From assembly GCA_965228895.1 (NCBI GenBank), contig OZ245842.1:4608001-4672000 (forward strand): a stretch of 64,000 bases of DNA. Reading direction: 5' to 3'. The stretch comes from Alphaproteobacteria bacterium (GTDB lineage: Bacteria > Pseudomonadota > Alphaproteobacteria > SP197). Below the pieces are notes generated by a model. It did no database searches. It saw only the letters and a list, made by a program, of their open reading frames with translations, and had not been told where the DNA came from. Made by a program: the position numbers and the translations under genes. Shown here piece by piece: positions 38,793 to 48,821 of this stretch. Each line of letters begins with the position of its first letter. Position 1 is the stretch's first letter.

Positions 38793-40364
38793 TTACCCGC
38801 CGGCGACGACTTTTGCCCATGGCGACATGATGAAGGCGGCGCCATCGTGGGTGCCGTCGTGATTGTCGCAAACCGCGTTCGGACAGGCATAAAGCGTCGG
38901 ATTCACCGCATACGGCAGATCGACCGTCGCGTGTTCGGCGGCCAGAGCCTGGCGGATCGTCTCGTCGAGCCGAGTGTCGACGGCAATCGCGGCCTCGGCG
39001 CTGACATCAATGCGCGGCTGAGCAAACGCGCGATCGAGTTCCCAGCCGAAGTCGCTGACAAACGAGATCAACTGGAACACAGACGCCATGATGCGCCGGC
39101 CGCCCGAAGCACCAAGGCCCATCAGGCCAGAGCCGTCGGCGCGCGTCACCACGGTCGGCGCCATGTTGCTCAACGGCCGCTTGCCGGGCCCAACGCTGTT
39201 GGGACGGCCCGGTCGCGGATCGAACCACATGATGCCGTTGTTCATCAGGATACCGGTGCCCGGCAGCATCACGCGGCTACCGAAGACCGACAGCAGGGTC
39301 TGGGTCAAAGCGACGATACTGCCGTCACGGTCGATGACGGTGAAATGCGTGGTGCAGCTTTCGCCTGCCTTGTCGTTGTCCCCGAGGGCCGCGAAACGTT
39401 TCTCATAGGCGCCCTCCATGGCCGCCGCATAGGCCAGATAGGCGCTAGCGTCGGGTCCCTCGCCAGGCGTCCAGGACGCTTCCAACCGCTGGAAGCTGTC
39501 GATCAACGTGGGGCCTGCGTTCAACCCGGCGGGCACATTGATGGTGACATCGCGATACTTGCCTTGAACCGCATCACCCGCGCTTGCCTGATAACCGGCG
39601 AGATCCTCGCCTGTCAGGGTGCCGCCCAGGGCCGCCATGTCGCTGGCAATCGATGATGCGATCTCGCCCCGGTAGAAATCCTCAGGACCCGCCTCGGCCA
39701 AACGTTTGAGCGTCGCAAGATAGGCATCGTTCCGCCGTGTCGTCAGATCAGCCGCGTTCAGGCTCAGCGCGGGCAGACCACCGGGCAGGAAAAAGTCGCG
39801 CGAAGCCGCGTATCTCGCGAGGCCCGGCGCTTCAAGCGCGATCCTGAGTGTGGCGTACCAGTCGATCTTCATGCCGCGCTCAGCCAATGCGATCGCCGGA
39901 GTCAGAACGTCCGACCAGCTCATGGTGCCGAACTTTTCGAGCGCCAGGGCATGGCCGGCGACAAGACTGGGCACGCCAATCGAGAGCGGTCCCTGCACGT
40001 TGCAATCGTCGATCACGCGAGGCCAGCCGAACAGGTCGGCGTCGGTGTCCTGGCCGCTGTCGAGCGGATAAGCGGCGGGGTCCAGGCCGCGCGGCGATAC
40101 TGTACCGAAGTCAATGGCGTGGGTTTTCTTGGTCTTGGCGTCGTAAAACACGAGATAACCACACGCGCCCAGATTGCTCATCCACGGTTCGGCGACACCG
40201 ATCGCCATGCCGGTGGCGATCGCCGCGTCGACCGCATTGCCGCCGGCATCAAGTACGGCCGCTCCGATCTCCGAGGCCTCGTGGTGTTGGCTTGCCACCA
40301 ATCCGCCGGCCGAGCGGACGGCCGGTTTGGTGACAGTCCAGGATTCGTGTATCGGCACGGACAT
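38793..40364 (-). CDS. ggt: Gamma-glutamyltransferase family protein
   Basis: GGNAVDAAIA, FYRGEIA, nucleophile CTTHFTVID, MNNG, PGKRPLSNM, GASGG. Confidence 0.9.
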   Translation of the reverse strand: MSVPIHESWTVTKPAVRSAGGLVASQHHEASEIGAAVLDAGGNAVDAAIATGMAIGVAEPWMSNLGACGYLVFYDAKTKKTHAIDFGTVSPRGLDPAAYPLDSGQDTDADLFGWPRVIDDCNVQGPLSIGVPSLVAGHALALEKFGTMSWSDVLTPAIALAERGMKIDWYATLRIALEAPGLARYAASRDFFLPGGLPALSLNAADLTTRRNDAYLATLKRLAEAGPEDFYRGEIASSIASDMAALGGTLTGEDLAGYQASAGDAVQGKYRDVTINVPAGLNAGPTLIDSFQRLEASWTPGEGPDASAYLAYAAAMEGAYEKRFAALGDNDKAGESCTTHFTVIDRDGSIVALTQTLLSVFGSRVMLPGTGILMNNGIMWFDPRPGRPNSVGPGKRPLSNMAPTVVTRADGSGLMGLGASGGRRIMASVFQLISFVSDFGWELDRAFAQPRIDVSAEAAIAVDTRLDETIRQALAAEHATVDLPYAVNPTLYACPNAVCDNHDGTHDGAAFIMSPWAKVVAGG

Positions 40365-40460
40365 GGCTGGCTCTCCTCAAACGATGTTGCGCGCGAGCCT
40401 ACGTCGGCTAAGCTCCGGCGTCATCCTGCCTCCGCATATCCCGAAGACGGAGTTCCGTAC

Positions 40461-41759
40461 GTGGACCACCCCTTGTTTGCCGACGACATGAAACTTACGC
40501 CCTATTGGTGGGACGATGCGCCGCGTCCCGACGTCCCCAAGAACGCCCTGCCGGATCAGGTCGACGTCGCGATCATCGGCGCCGGCTATACCGGCCTGAC
40601 CGCCGCGCTTGTTCTGGCGCGCGCGGGTCGCAGCGTGCTGGTCTTGGAAAAAGGCGAGATTGGCGTCGGCTGCAGCTCACGCAACGGCGGCCAGATCGGC
40701 TCCGGCGTTAAACCGGGGCTGGACGAACTCACCAAGCGTTATGGCCGCGATGGCGCCGGCGCCATGCTGCGTGAAGGCTACGCCTCGCTCGACTACGTTA
40801 CCGAGTTTGTGAAGGCCGAAGGAATCGACTGCGACTTTCGAACCTGCGGCCGTTTCATCGGCGCCCACCGGGCCAATCGTTACGAGCAAATGGCGCGCAA
40901 TTTCGAATCCGTCAAAAACGTCGTGCCGATCGAATGGGAGATGGTGCCCAAGGCCGAGATGCACAACGAGATTGGCTCAGACGCCTATTTCGGCGGCGCG
41001 ATCATGCCGCATCATGCCGGCCTGCAGCCGGCCAAGTACGTCAACGGGCTCTACGAGCGCGCCGCAGCGGCCGGCGCCCAGATCGAGACGGAGACCCTGG
41101 TCATCGGCATCGACAAGGAGAGCGACGGGTCGTCGGTCGTCACCGACCGGGGCAAGGTCAAGGCCCGCGAGGTCATCGTTGCCACCAATGGTTACACAAC
41201 ACGGCTGACCCCAGGCTTGCAGCGCCGGTTGATCCCGATCGGCAGCTACATGATCGCGACCGAAGAGATTCCCGACGATCTGATGGCGCGCCTGTCACCC
41301 AAAGGCCGGGTCATGAACGACAGCCGCAAAGTCGTCTATTACTTCACCACCTCGCCTGACAGAAAACGCATGGTGTTTGGTGGACGGGTTGCCTTGAAGG
41401 AGACCGACCCAAAGATCAGCGGGCCACGTCTGCACGCGGTCATGACCGGCATCTGGCCGGAACTAAAAGACACCAAGATCAGCCACTCCTGGATGGGCTT
41501 TGTCGCCTACACCTTCGATCACCTGCCCCATATCGGCCAGCGCGACGGCGTCTGGTTCTCGATGGGTTATTGCGGTTCGGGCGTCGCCTGGGCGAGCTAT
41601 CTGGGCCACAAACTGGCGCATAAGGTCCTGGGTACCGAGGAAGGCAAGACGGCCTTTGACGGCATCAGCTTCCCGACCCGCCCGCTCTACACGGGCGATC
41701 CGTGGTTCCTGGGCGTTGCCGTTGCCTATTACCAGGCGCTGGACCGCTGGGGGCCGTGA
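40461..41759 (+). CDS. FAD-dependent oxidoreductase, DAO family (PuuB/OrdL-like)
   Basis: TPYWWD, IIGAGYTGL, SSRNGG, ATNGYT, GYCGSGV; start GTG 40461. Confidence 0.88.
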   Translation: MDHPLFADDMKLTPYWWDDAPRPDVPKNALPDQVDVAIIGAGYTGLTAALVLARAGRSVLVLEKGEIGVGCSSRNGGQIGSGVKPGLDELTKRYGRDGAGAMLREGYASLDYVTEFVKAEGIDCDFRTCGRFIGAHRANRYEQMARNFESVKNVVPIEWEMVPKAEMHNEIGSDAYFGGAIMPHHAGLQPAKYVNGLYERAAAAGAQIETETLVIGIDKESDGSSVVTDRGKVKAREVIVATNGYTTRLTPGLQRRLIPIGSYMIATEEIPDDLMARLSPKGRVMNDSRKVVYYFTTSPDRKRMVFGGRVALKETDPKISGPRLHAVMTGIWPELKDTKISHSWMGFVAYTFDHLPHIGQRDGVWFSMGYCGSGVAWASYLGHKLAHKVLGTEEGKTAFDGISFPTRPLYTGDPWFLGVAVAYYQALDRWGP

Positions 41760-41786
41760 TCAGCTTCTTGGATTACCGATGCGGCT

Positions 41787-41855
41787 CCGGCCCACTCCCC
41801 CGCCCGGCCACCCATGGCAGCATCCTCGAGGTGGCCGGGCGGGGGAGTGGGCCGG
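41787..41855. repeat. REP-like palindromic repeat, copy 1
   Basis: ccggcccactcccccgcccggccacc-loop-ggtggccgggcgggggagtgggccgg; lies between convergent genes. Confidence 0.85.
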
Positions 41856-41875
41856 TGTTGCAGCTACACCAAGAC

Positions 41876-42457
41876 TCAGCCCGCCGCCGCGATGTCGGCG
41901 ACGTGATCCCTAGCGATTTGGTGGATGACGTCCAGGCTGAATCCGTCGGGGTCCTGGGTGTGGCGTAGCCACATGCCGTAGATCAGCGCGACGATCGCCT
42001 GGGCCCTGACCTCCACCTTGTCGGCGGCGACGACCTTTTCCAGCCGCGGCCGCAGCAAACCGAGCAGGGTTTCGTCCAGCTCGCACTGAATGCGGGTGAA
42101 ATCCGGATTGCCGGGCACCTGGGCATAGAAGCTGAGCCAGGCGCTAATCGCTTCCGGCGACCGCTGAGACGGGGCGAAATTGCCGTCGATGATGGCAATC
42201 AACGCCTCTTCCGGCGTCGTCGCACCGGCCAGCAGCGCCTCGGCGCCAGCCATGGATTCGGCCGCCAGCGACTGCATGGTCGCTTCCAGCAGCTCGCCCT
42301 TGCCGTCGAAATAGTGATTGACCAGGCCGACTGACAGTCCGGCGCGGCGGCTGATTTTGGCCACTGTCGCATCGCGGAAGCCGTCCTGGTGAATCGACTC
42401 GATGGTCGCTTCGATCAATTGCCGGCGTCGCACCGGCTCCATACCTACCTTGGGCAT
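41876..42457 (-). CDS. betI: Choline-responsive TetR-family repressor BetI
   Basis: MPKVGMEPVRRRQLIEAT, GLVNHYF..KGELLEATM, WLSFYAQ, GMWLR. Confidence 0.85.
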   Translation of the reverse strand: MPKVGMEPVRRRQLIEATIESIHQDGFRDATVAKISRRAGLSVGLVNHYFDGKGELLEATMQSLAAESMAGAEALLAGATTPEEALIAIIDGNFAPSQRSPEAISAWLSFYAQVPGNPDFTRIQCELDETLLGLLRPRLEKVVAADKVEVRAQAIVALIYGMWLRHTQDPDGFSLDVIHQIARDHVADIAAAG

Positions 42458-42481
42458 GGCGCGTTTATCGTACGGGACGCA

Positions 42482-44605
42482 CTAATGGTCAATCAGGCCG
42501 AGATCCCGCTTCTTCTGTTTGGCCCACGCCTGAATGACGCGGTCGGCGACCATCGCCATCAGCGCCATGCTGCCGCCGGCGATGAAACCCTGGCCGAACT
42601 TGGCGTTGGTCAGGCTGTCATAGACCCACTGGCCCAAGCCGCGCGTACCGACCAGGGCTGCGATGACCAGCATGGCGAGCGCGAACATGATGACCTGGTT
42701 CAGCCCCAGCATGATTTCGGGAATTGCGAGCGGCAGTTTCACGCGCCACAGGATCTGATTTTCGGTGCATCCCATGCTGCGTGCGGCCTCGACAGCGGAG
42801 GGGTCGACATGACGCAGGCCGTACTCCGTGTAACGGATCGCCGGCACGATCGAATACATAATGATCGCCAGCAGCGCGGAAAAATCGCCGACCAGGAAAA
42901 CCATGATGACGGGGATCAGGAAGACGAACAGCGGCATCGTCTGCAGCGTGTCGTTGATGGGTCGAACAATCGCCGAGACGCGGTCGCTCTGCGCCGCCCA
43001 GATACCGATCGCACCGCCCAGCAGGAAGCAGATGATGACCGACGTCGCCGCCAGGTAGAACGACAACATCGCGCGCGGCCACGCTCCGGTGACCAGCATG
43101 AAAGCAAGCGCCAGGCACGCAAACAAGCCGACACGCCAGCCGCCGACCTGGAACGCGATCAACGTGACCGCGCCGATGAAGACGGGCCACGGCGTCCCTG
43201 TCGAGCCGAAGAAAAACAGCATGCTCAGAAGCCCGACCACGACGCCGGCGCGCCAGCCGAACTTGCGCACCGCCGCGGACCCGGCCAACAGCGCAATGAA
43301 CCAATAGACGGCGGCCGCCGTCGCCGTCATCTCGAAACCCCAGTTGTCGGGCCGCGCGATACGTTCCAGTCCGGCTTTCATGGGCAGCATGAAGAAATAG
43401 AGCGTGTAGGTCTTGATACCGTCGGTCAGCCAGAAGAAGTTCCGGGTGAACCAGCTGACCCAGCCATTCAGGATCTCGGCGGGATAGAAAACCCATGCCG
43501 TCGGGTAGCTGCCGAACTCTGGGATCAGGCGGGCGAGCACGACACCAATCAGCGTCGCCATGATGACCGCCAGGAGATAGGGGTGACGATGCATCAGGCC
43601 GCCCTTGCGCGCGACATGGATCTCACCTGTGCGTTCGGCAAAACCACGGCTGATGCGGTCCATCATCATCGCCATCAAGACAATGACGATACCGGCCAAC
43701 AGGCTCTGGCCGGTCTGCGCCTTGCGCATGGTCGACAGCACTTCCCAACCGATATCGGCAAAGCCGCCGATGATGGCCGCGATAATCACCATGGAGAGTG
43801 CGGCCATGATCGTCTGGTTGACACCAACCATGATGGTCGGCAGCGCCGACGGCACGCGGACCATGAACATCAGCTGGAACTCGCTGCAGCCGGACATGCG
43901 GCCGGACTCGATGACGTCGTCCTGCACGCGCGACAGGCCCAGCATACAGTTTCTGACCATCGGCGGGCTGGCATAGATGGCGCTCGCCACCATGCCGACC
44001 ACGGGGCCGACGCCGAACAGGATCAAAATCGGCACCAGATAGGCGAAGGTCGGCACCGTCTGCATGACATCCAGCGTCGGTTCGATGATGCGGCGCGCCC
44101 ATCGGAACTTGTAGGCCATCAAGCCCATCGAAAAGCCCAGCGCGAGCGATAGCGGCACGGACATGCCGACCAGCGCCAAGGTGCTCATGCTCTCGTCCCA
44201 GTAGCCGACGATCAGCATGTAAGCCATGGCGGCGACGCAAAACGCAGAAAGCCGCCAGCCCTTTGCCGCGTAGGCCATGATGGCGACGATAGCAATGGTC
44301 GCCGGCCACGGCAGCCAATGGAGCAGGCCCTCGAGCCATTCCATGGGATAGGAAAGCACCATGGAAACGAACCGGAAGATCACCTTGAAGGTGTCGGTGA
44401 ACCAGTCCATGGCGACGTCAAGCCAGCTGGCGAGCGGGACGATCCATGCGTTGGGATAACGCATCGCCCAAGCCAGATCGTCGCGGAACACGAGAAAGCC
44501 GATCGCGATAACGGCGAAGGCCAACCATGCCAGAAGCTGGGGATTGGCGAGTTTGCCGGTGCCGGCAAACGGGGATTCAGGTCGATCCCGTGTCGCGATG
44601 CTCAT
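42482..44605 (-). CDS. proW: Glycine betaine/proline-type ABC permease with two fused ProW-like domains
   Basis: Two copies of the P.LD.MQT.P.F.YL.P and GVNQTIM/GLNQVIM motifs in 707 aa. Confidence 0.85.
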   Translation of the reverse strand: MSIATRDRPESPFAGTGKLANPQLLAWLAFAVIAIGFLVFRDDLAWAMRYPNAWIVPLASWLDVAMDWFTDTFKVIFRFVSMVLSYPMEWLEGLLHWLPWPATIAIVAIMAYAAKGWRLSAFCVAAMAYMLIVGYWDESMSTLALVGMSVPLSLALGFSMGLMAYKFRWARRIIEPTLDVMQTVPTFAYLVPILILFGVGPVVGMVASAIYASPPMVRNCMLGLSRVQDDVIESGRMSGCSEFQLMFMVRVPSALPTIMVGVNQTIMAALSMVIIAAIIGGFADIGWEVLSTMRKAQTGQSLLAGIVIVLMAMMMDRISRGFAERTGEIHVARKGGLMHRHPYLLAVIMATLIGVVLARLIPEFGSYPTAWVFYPAEILNGWVSWFTRNFFWLTDGIKTYTLYFFMLPMKAGLERIARPDNWGFEMTATAAAVYWFIALLAGSAAVRKFGWRAGVVVGLLSMLFFFGSTGTPWPVFIGAVTLIAFQVGGWRVGLFACLALAFMLVTGAWPRAMLSFYLAATSVIICFLLGGAIGIWAAQSDRVSAIVRPINDTLQTMPLFVFLIPVIMVFLVGDFSALLAIIMYSIVPAIRYTEYGLRHVDPSAVEAARSMGCTENQILWRVKLPLAIPEIMLGLNQVIMFALAMLVIAALVGTRGLGQWVYDSLTNAKFGQGFIAGGSMALMAMVADRVIQAWAKQKKRDLGLIDH

Positions 44606-45663
44606 GTCAGGGCCTCATCGTCATCGCTGGCCAGCGCCGAGAGCACGGCCTGCGGCGAGACCTGGCCGACCACGCTGCCGGCGTCGGCAACCGCGATAGC
44701 GCCGAGGCCTTCGGAAAATTTCGGCATCAGGTGTTCCAACGTCATGTCGGGCGGCACCGCTTGGCTGACGTCCAGACCGTTGGTCGGCTGGGTCATGATA
44801 TCGCCGGCCGTGATCACCTTCACCCGCGGCACGTCCTGGGTAAACTCCTCGACGTAGTCATCGGCGGGCGTCATCACGACCTCCGCCGGCGTGCCGATCT
44901 GCACGACCTTGCCGTCCTTCATGATCGCGATGCGGTCACCCAGCCTTAGCGCTTCCAGGAAGTCGTGGGTGATGAAGACAATCGTCTTGTGCAGCAACTT
45001 TTGCAGGCGCATGAACTCGTCCTGCATCTGACGCCGGATCAAGGGGTCGAGCGCCGAAAACGGCTCATCGAGAAACCACAGTTCCGGCTCCACCGCCAGG
45101 GATCGCGCGATGCCGACACGCTGTTGCTGACCGCCGGAGAGCTGGCGCGGATAACTGCCCTCGCGCCCATCGAGCCCAACCAGTTCGATCATTTCCATGG
45201 CGCGCGCCATGCGATGTTCCTTGTCGATGCCCTGAACCTGCAAGGGAAAGGCGACGTTTTCCAGCACGTTCAAGTGGGGCAGCAAACCGAAATTCTGGAA
45301 CACCATGCCCATCTTGTGGCGCCGGATGTCGATCAGCTGTTCCTTGGAGACACGAAGCAGGTCTTCGCCGTCGAGCAGGACCTCACCGGCCGTCGGTTCG
45401 ACCAGGCGCGACAGGCAGCGGACCATCGTCGACTTGCCCGAGCCCGACAGCCCCATGATGATAAAGATCTCGCCGACATGGACGTCGAACGACACGTCGC
45501 AAGCCGCGCCGATATGGCCGCTTTCCTGGATCTCCTGAATCAGAGCGCCGGTATTGGCGACCTGACCGTTGCCGTTGTCAAAGAAACCGTCGGCTTCCGG
45601 TCCATAGACCTTCCAGACGTTACGGCACACCAGTTTGATGTCGCGCTCGCTGCTTTCGACCAT
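44602..45663 (-). CDS. proV: Glycine betaine/choline ABC ATP-binding protein
   Basis: MGLSGSGKST, LSGGQQQRVG, DEPFSALDPLIRRQMQDE, FITHD; short CBS-like tail; start ATG 45663. Confidence 0.9.
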   Translation of the reverse strand: MVESSERDIKLVCRNVWKVYGPEADGFFDNGNGQVANTGALIQEIQESGHIGAACDVSFDVHVGEIFIIMGLSGSGKSTMVRCLSRLVEPTAGEVLLDGEDLLRVSKEQLIDIRRHKMGMVFQNFGLLPHLNVLENVAFPLQVQGIDKEHRMARAMEMIELVGLDGREGSYPRQLSGGQQQRVGIARSLAVEPELWFLDEPFSALDPLIRRQMQDEFMRLQKLLHKTIVFITHDFLEALRLGDRIAIMKDGKVVQIGTPAEVVMTPADDYVEEFTQDVPRVKVITAGDIMTQPTNGLDVSQAVPPDMTLEHLMPKFSEGLGAIAVADAGSVVGQVSPQAVLSALASDDDEALT

Positions 45664-45929
45664 TGCCCTCTTTCGCCCACCCGCCGGACTATTGCTGTCC
45701 GCGACGCGTGATTTGCCCATACTTTTTGTCTGTTGGCCGGCATTGCCGGCGAATCGTCCGATAGTTAGCCACGACCAACGCTCAAGGTCCACACACGCAA
45801 CCGACAGCATGGCGGACCCCATGCCGCTTCAGCGCCTCGCGTGGTTGTATCGCGCCGCCGTCTATCCCTTCGAGATTGCACCATGCCATCGGCAAACACC
45901 CATCTGAAGCGCCATTGCGATCGCCCGAA

Positions 45930-45950
45930 ATGGTTGGCCGTTCATCAATA
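45930..45950. promoter_or_regulatory. Candidate BetI operator upstream of proV-proW-betI
   Basis: ATGGTTGGCCGTTCATCAATA matches the E. coli BetI operator TTGATTGGACGTTCAATATAA (recalled from memory) at 14/21 positions. Confidence 0.45.
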
Positions 45951-46045
45951 GTAACCAACTCAGCCATTTGCCATACTTCGTTGTCTTGTGTCGGTTAGGA
46001 CGTGTTGTCACGGCCACGGGCACAAGACGGTTCGTCTGGGGGCTT

Positions 46046-47644
46046 TTGTTGCAACTCGAACGGTCGATTGGCCTTGTTGGTCTGACCTTCGTCGCGGTTG
46101 GCGGCGTGTTGGGTTCCGGTTGGCTGTTTGCGCCGCTTCTGGCGGCCGAGCAGGCCGGACCCGCCGCGATTTTAGCCTGGGTCATCGGCGCGATCGCCGT
46201 CCTGCTGCTGGCGATGACGTTTGCTGAAGTCACCGCGATCCTCCCCGTCGCCGGCGGCCTGGCGCGTATACCCTATTTCAGTCACGGCAACGTGGTGGCC
46301 GCGCTCATGGGCTGGACCGCCTGGATCGGCTATGCGGTGATGGCGCCGATCGAGGTCTCGATCATGCTGAACTACTTGGGACCGGAGGTGCCCTGGGCGT
46401 TTGGCCCGAGTTCGACGCGCGACGCTATCGCGCTGTCGCCCTATGGTATGGGGCTGGTCGTGATCATGATGGCTGTCATGACCCTGATCAACGCGTTTGG
46501 CGTGGCGTTCTTCGCCCGCGTCAACACATCACTGACATGGCTCAAGATCATTCTACCCGTGGTCGTCGGCATCATTCTGATCGCGAGCCGGTTTGAGACG
46601 TCGAACTTCCACGATGTCGGCGGCTTCGCGCCGTTTGGCGTAGCCGGGGTGCTGGCCGCCGTGACGACCGGCGGCGTCGTGTTTGCCTTTATCGGCTTTC
46701 GCCACGCTATCGACATGGCCGGCGAGACAAAGAACCCGCAGGTAACCATCCCGATTGCGCTCATCCTGGCCGTTGGGATCTGTGCCGCCATCTACCTGCT
46801 GCTGCAGGTCGCGTTTATTGGCGCCATGGACCAACAGGAGCTCGCCAGAGGCTGGAAAGGGATCAGCTTCGATCATGATGGCGGGCCCTTGGCGGCCATT
46901 GCGCAGACGCTGGCGCTGTTGTGGCTTGTCTCCTTGATTATCGGCGGCGCGGTGATCTCGCCCTTCGGTTCGGCACTGATCGCGGTTGGCTCCAACGGAC
47001 GCCTTGTGCTGGCGCTCGCCAACAACGGTTTTTTCGGCGCGGCATTGACAAAACTCTCATCACGCGGCGTGCCGTTGAATGCCTTTCTTCTCAACCTGGC
47101 CGTCGGAACCTTTGCGGTTATCGTGCTGCCGTTCCATCAACTCGTCGCCTTGAATTCATCGGCCATCACGCTTTCCTTGGCATCGGGCCCGCTGGCACTA
47201 CTGGCGCTTCGCCACCTGGCGCCCGATCACGAGCGCTGGTTCCGGCTGCCCGCCGCGCCTCTCTTGGCAGGTCTGGCCTTTATCTTCGCGACTCTGATTG
47301 TCTATTGGTCAGGCTGGGACACGTTGAGGAGTCTTGGTCTGGCCATGGCCGTCGGCGTCGTCTTCTTCATCTGGCGCCATCGCAAGACCGGGCTTGAAGG
47401 GCTTGAGCTGCAGGGTGCCGTCTGGCTTGTTCCCTATATCGCGGGCATCGGTCTGGTATCGGCCTTCGGCCAGTTCGACGGCACCGGCGACATACCTCTG
47501 GGCTGGGACATGGTTATCCTTGCGGCTCTTGCGGCGGGACTTCTCATGCTTGCCGTTCGCGGACGCATCACCCGCGAGAAGTTTCAGAGGCGCCGGCGCG
47601 TTAGCCTGGGGAAAGCGGACCCGCCACCGCAAGATATACAATAA
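46046..47644 (+). CDS. APC family amino acid permease
   Basis: GGVLGSGWLF, AGPAAILAW, FAFIGFR..AGETKNPQ; many TM segments; start uncertain (TTG 46046/46049). Confidence 0.88.
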   Translation: MLQLERSIGLVGLTFVAVGGVLGSGWLFAPLLAAEQAGPAAILAWVIGAIAVLLLAMTFAEVTAILPVAGGLARIPYFSHGNVVAALMGWTAWIGYAVMAPIEVSIMLNYLGPEVPWAFGPSSTRDAIALSPYGMGLVVIMMAVMTLINAFGVAFFARVNTSLTWLKIILPVVVGIILIASRFETSNFHDVGGFAPFGVAGVLAAVTTGGVVFAFIGFRHAIDMAGETKNPQVTIPIALILAVGICAAIYLLLQVAFIGAMDQQELARGWKGISFDHDGGPLAAIAQTLALLWLVSLIIGGAVISPFGSALIAVGSNGRLVLALANNGFFGAALTKLSSRGVPLNAFLLNLAVGTFAVIVLPFHQLVALNSSAITLSLASGPLALLALRHLAPDHERWFRLPAAPLLAGLAFIFATLIVYWSGWDTLRSLGLAMAVGVVFFIWRHRKTGLEGLELQGAVWLVPYIAGIGLVSAFGQFDGTGDIPLGWDMVILAALAAGLLMLAVRGRITREKFQRRRRVSLGKADPPPQDIQ

Positions 47645-47837
47645 CGGTCAAATATTCAGACAAGCCTTCCAGCAAGATTCCGTGCTAAACTTCCCTGATC
47701 GCAAGGCGGCTCCTCCATCGCTCGGCTATTACTTGCCAACCCGTGATCGACGATCATCCGACATGATGGCGGAGGTTGGAGCCCATAACGGCGGTCGATG
47801 TGGACTTGTCGGTATCTGGTGACGTCGTGGAGGTGTA

Positions 47838-48200
47838 ATGGGTTCTTCGATTCTGGTTGTCGATGACAGCAAGCTCGCCCGCCTTATGGTGACCAACCTG
47901 ATTGCCGAGCGGTGGCCGCAAGCCGAGATCGAGGAAGCGGAAAGTGCGGATCAGGCCTTTCTCGCCATCGAAAAGCATATCCCCGACCACGTGATCATCG
48001 ACCACAACATGCCGGGCATGGACGGTCTTGACCTGGCGCGTCAGCTACGCGACGTCGCGCCGCAAGCCAGCCTGACCTTGTTGACCGCGAACATCCAGGT
48101 ATCGATCCGCGAACAGGCGGAAGCGCTGGGCTGCCGGTTTATCGCCAAACCCGTCAACGAGGACAAAATCTCAGATCTGCTGGCGGAGCTTGGCGACTGA
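47838..48200 (+). CDS. Single-domain response regulator (REC)
   Basis: VVDDS, IIDHNMPGMDG, LLTAN, FIAKP; GGAGG RBS. Confidence 0.9.
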   Translation: MGSSILVVDDSKLARLMVTNLIAERWPQAEIEEAESADQAFLAIEKHIPDHVIIDHNMPGMDGLDLARQLRDVAPQASLTLLTANIQVSIREQAEALGCRFIAKPVNEDKISDLLAELGD

Positions 48201-48204
48201 GCCG

Positions 48205-48813
48205 ATGACGCAGTACTTCACGGCGGACGAGAGCGACGCTTTCACCGAGATTTTCAACATCGGTGCGGGCAAGGCCGCCAACGCGCTTAGCGAATTGCTC
48301 GACACGCCGATCGAGTTCACGGTTCCCTACTGCGTTATCCTGCCGGTCGATCACGCGGCCGACTTCCTGCGTGATCGCTTTGGCACCAATATCAGCATGA
48401 TCAGCCAGGACTTTTCCGGTCCGTTCGACGGATCGGCCTTGCTGATGTTCCAGGAGGCGAGCAGCCTGAAACTCGCCCAGAGCGTTCTGGGCGGCGACGA
48501 GCCGGTCGAGACCTTGACCGAGTTGGAACGCGAAGCGCTGACGGAAATCGGCAACATCGTGCTGAATGCCTGCCTCAGCAGTTTCGGCGATCTGCTCGAC
48601 CGCGAAGTCGCGACCTCGTTGCCGCGCTTTTCGCTCGGCGACAGTGCGGAACTGCTGAACCACACCAGCGGTTATGACCTGGTCCTGATCGTCAAGGTCG
48701 ATTTCCGGGTTCGCGGTGGCGAGATCGAAGGTTATGTCACCTTCGTTTTGAATGTTGATTCGGTGAAGGCCTTTCGCGAGGCCGCCAGCCGGTTGATGGA
48801 GAGCCTGCACTGA
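48205..48813 (+). CDS. cheC: CheC-like phosphatase
   Basis: Two E-x2-N...P motifs: TEIFNIG..FTVP and TEIGNIV..TSLP. Confidence 0.85.
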   Translation: MTQYFTADESDAFTEIFNIGAGKAANALSELLDTPIEFTVPYCVILPVDHAADFLRDRFGTNISMISQDFSGPFDGSALLMFQEASSLKLAQSVLGGDEPVETLTELEREALTEIGNIVLNACLSSFGDLLDREVATSLPRFSLGDSAELLNHTSGYDLVLIVKVDFRVRGGEIEGYVTFVLNVDSVKAFREAASRLMESLH

Positions 48814-48821
48814 GGCATTGA

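Noticed and set aside
39951-40460. N-terminal extension of the FAD oxidoreductase ORF
   Set aside because: Overlaps ggt on the opposite strand; family similarity begins near 40461.
41787-41855. Palindromic repeats as a CRISPR array or IS ends
   Set aside because: Only two copies 18.7 kb apart, no spacers, and no cas or transposase gene.
42389-44152. 587-aa plus-strand ORF
   Set aside because: Antisense to the double ProW permease; Arg/His/Gln-rich shadow composition.
47645-47837. Possible c-di-GMP riboswitch ahead of the REC-cheC-kinase operon
   Set aside because: No GEMM-type tetraloop/receptor arrangement could be identified.
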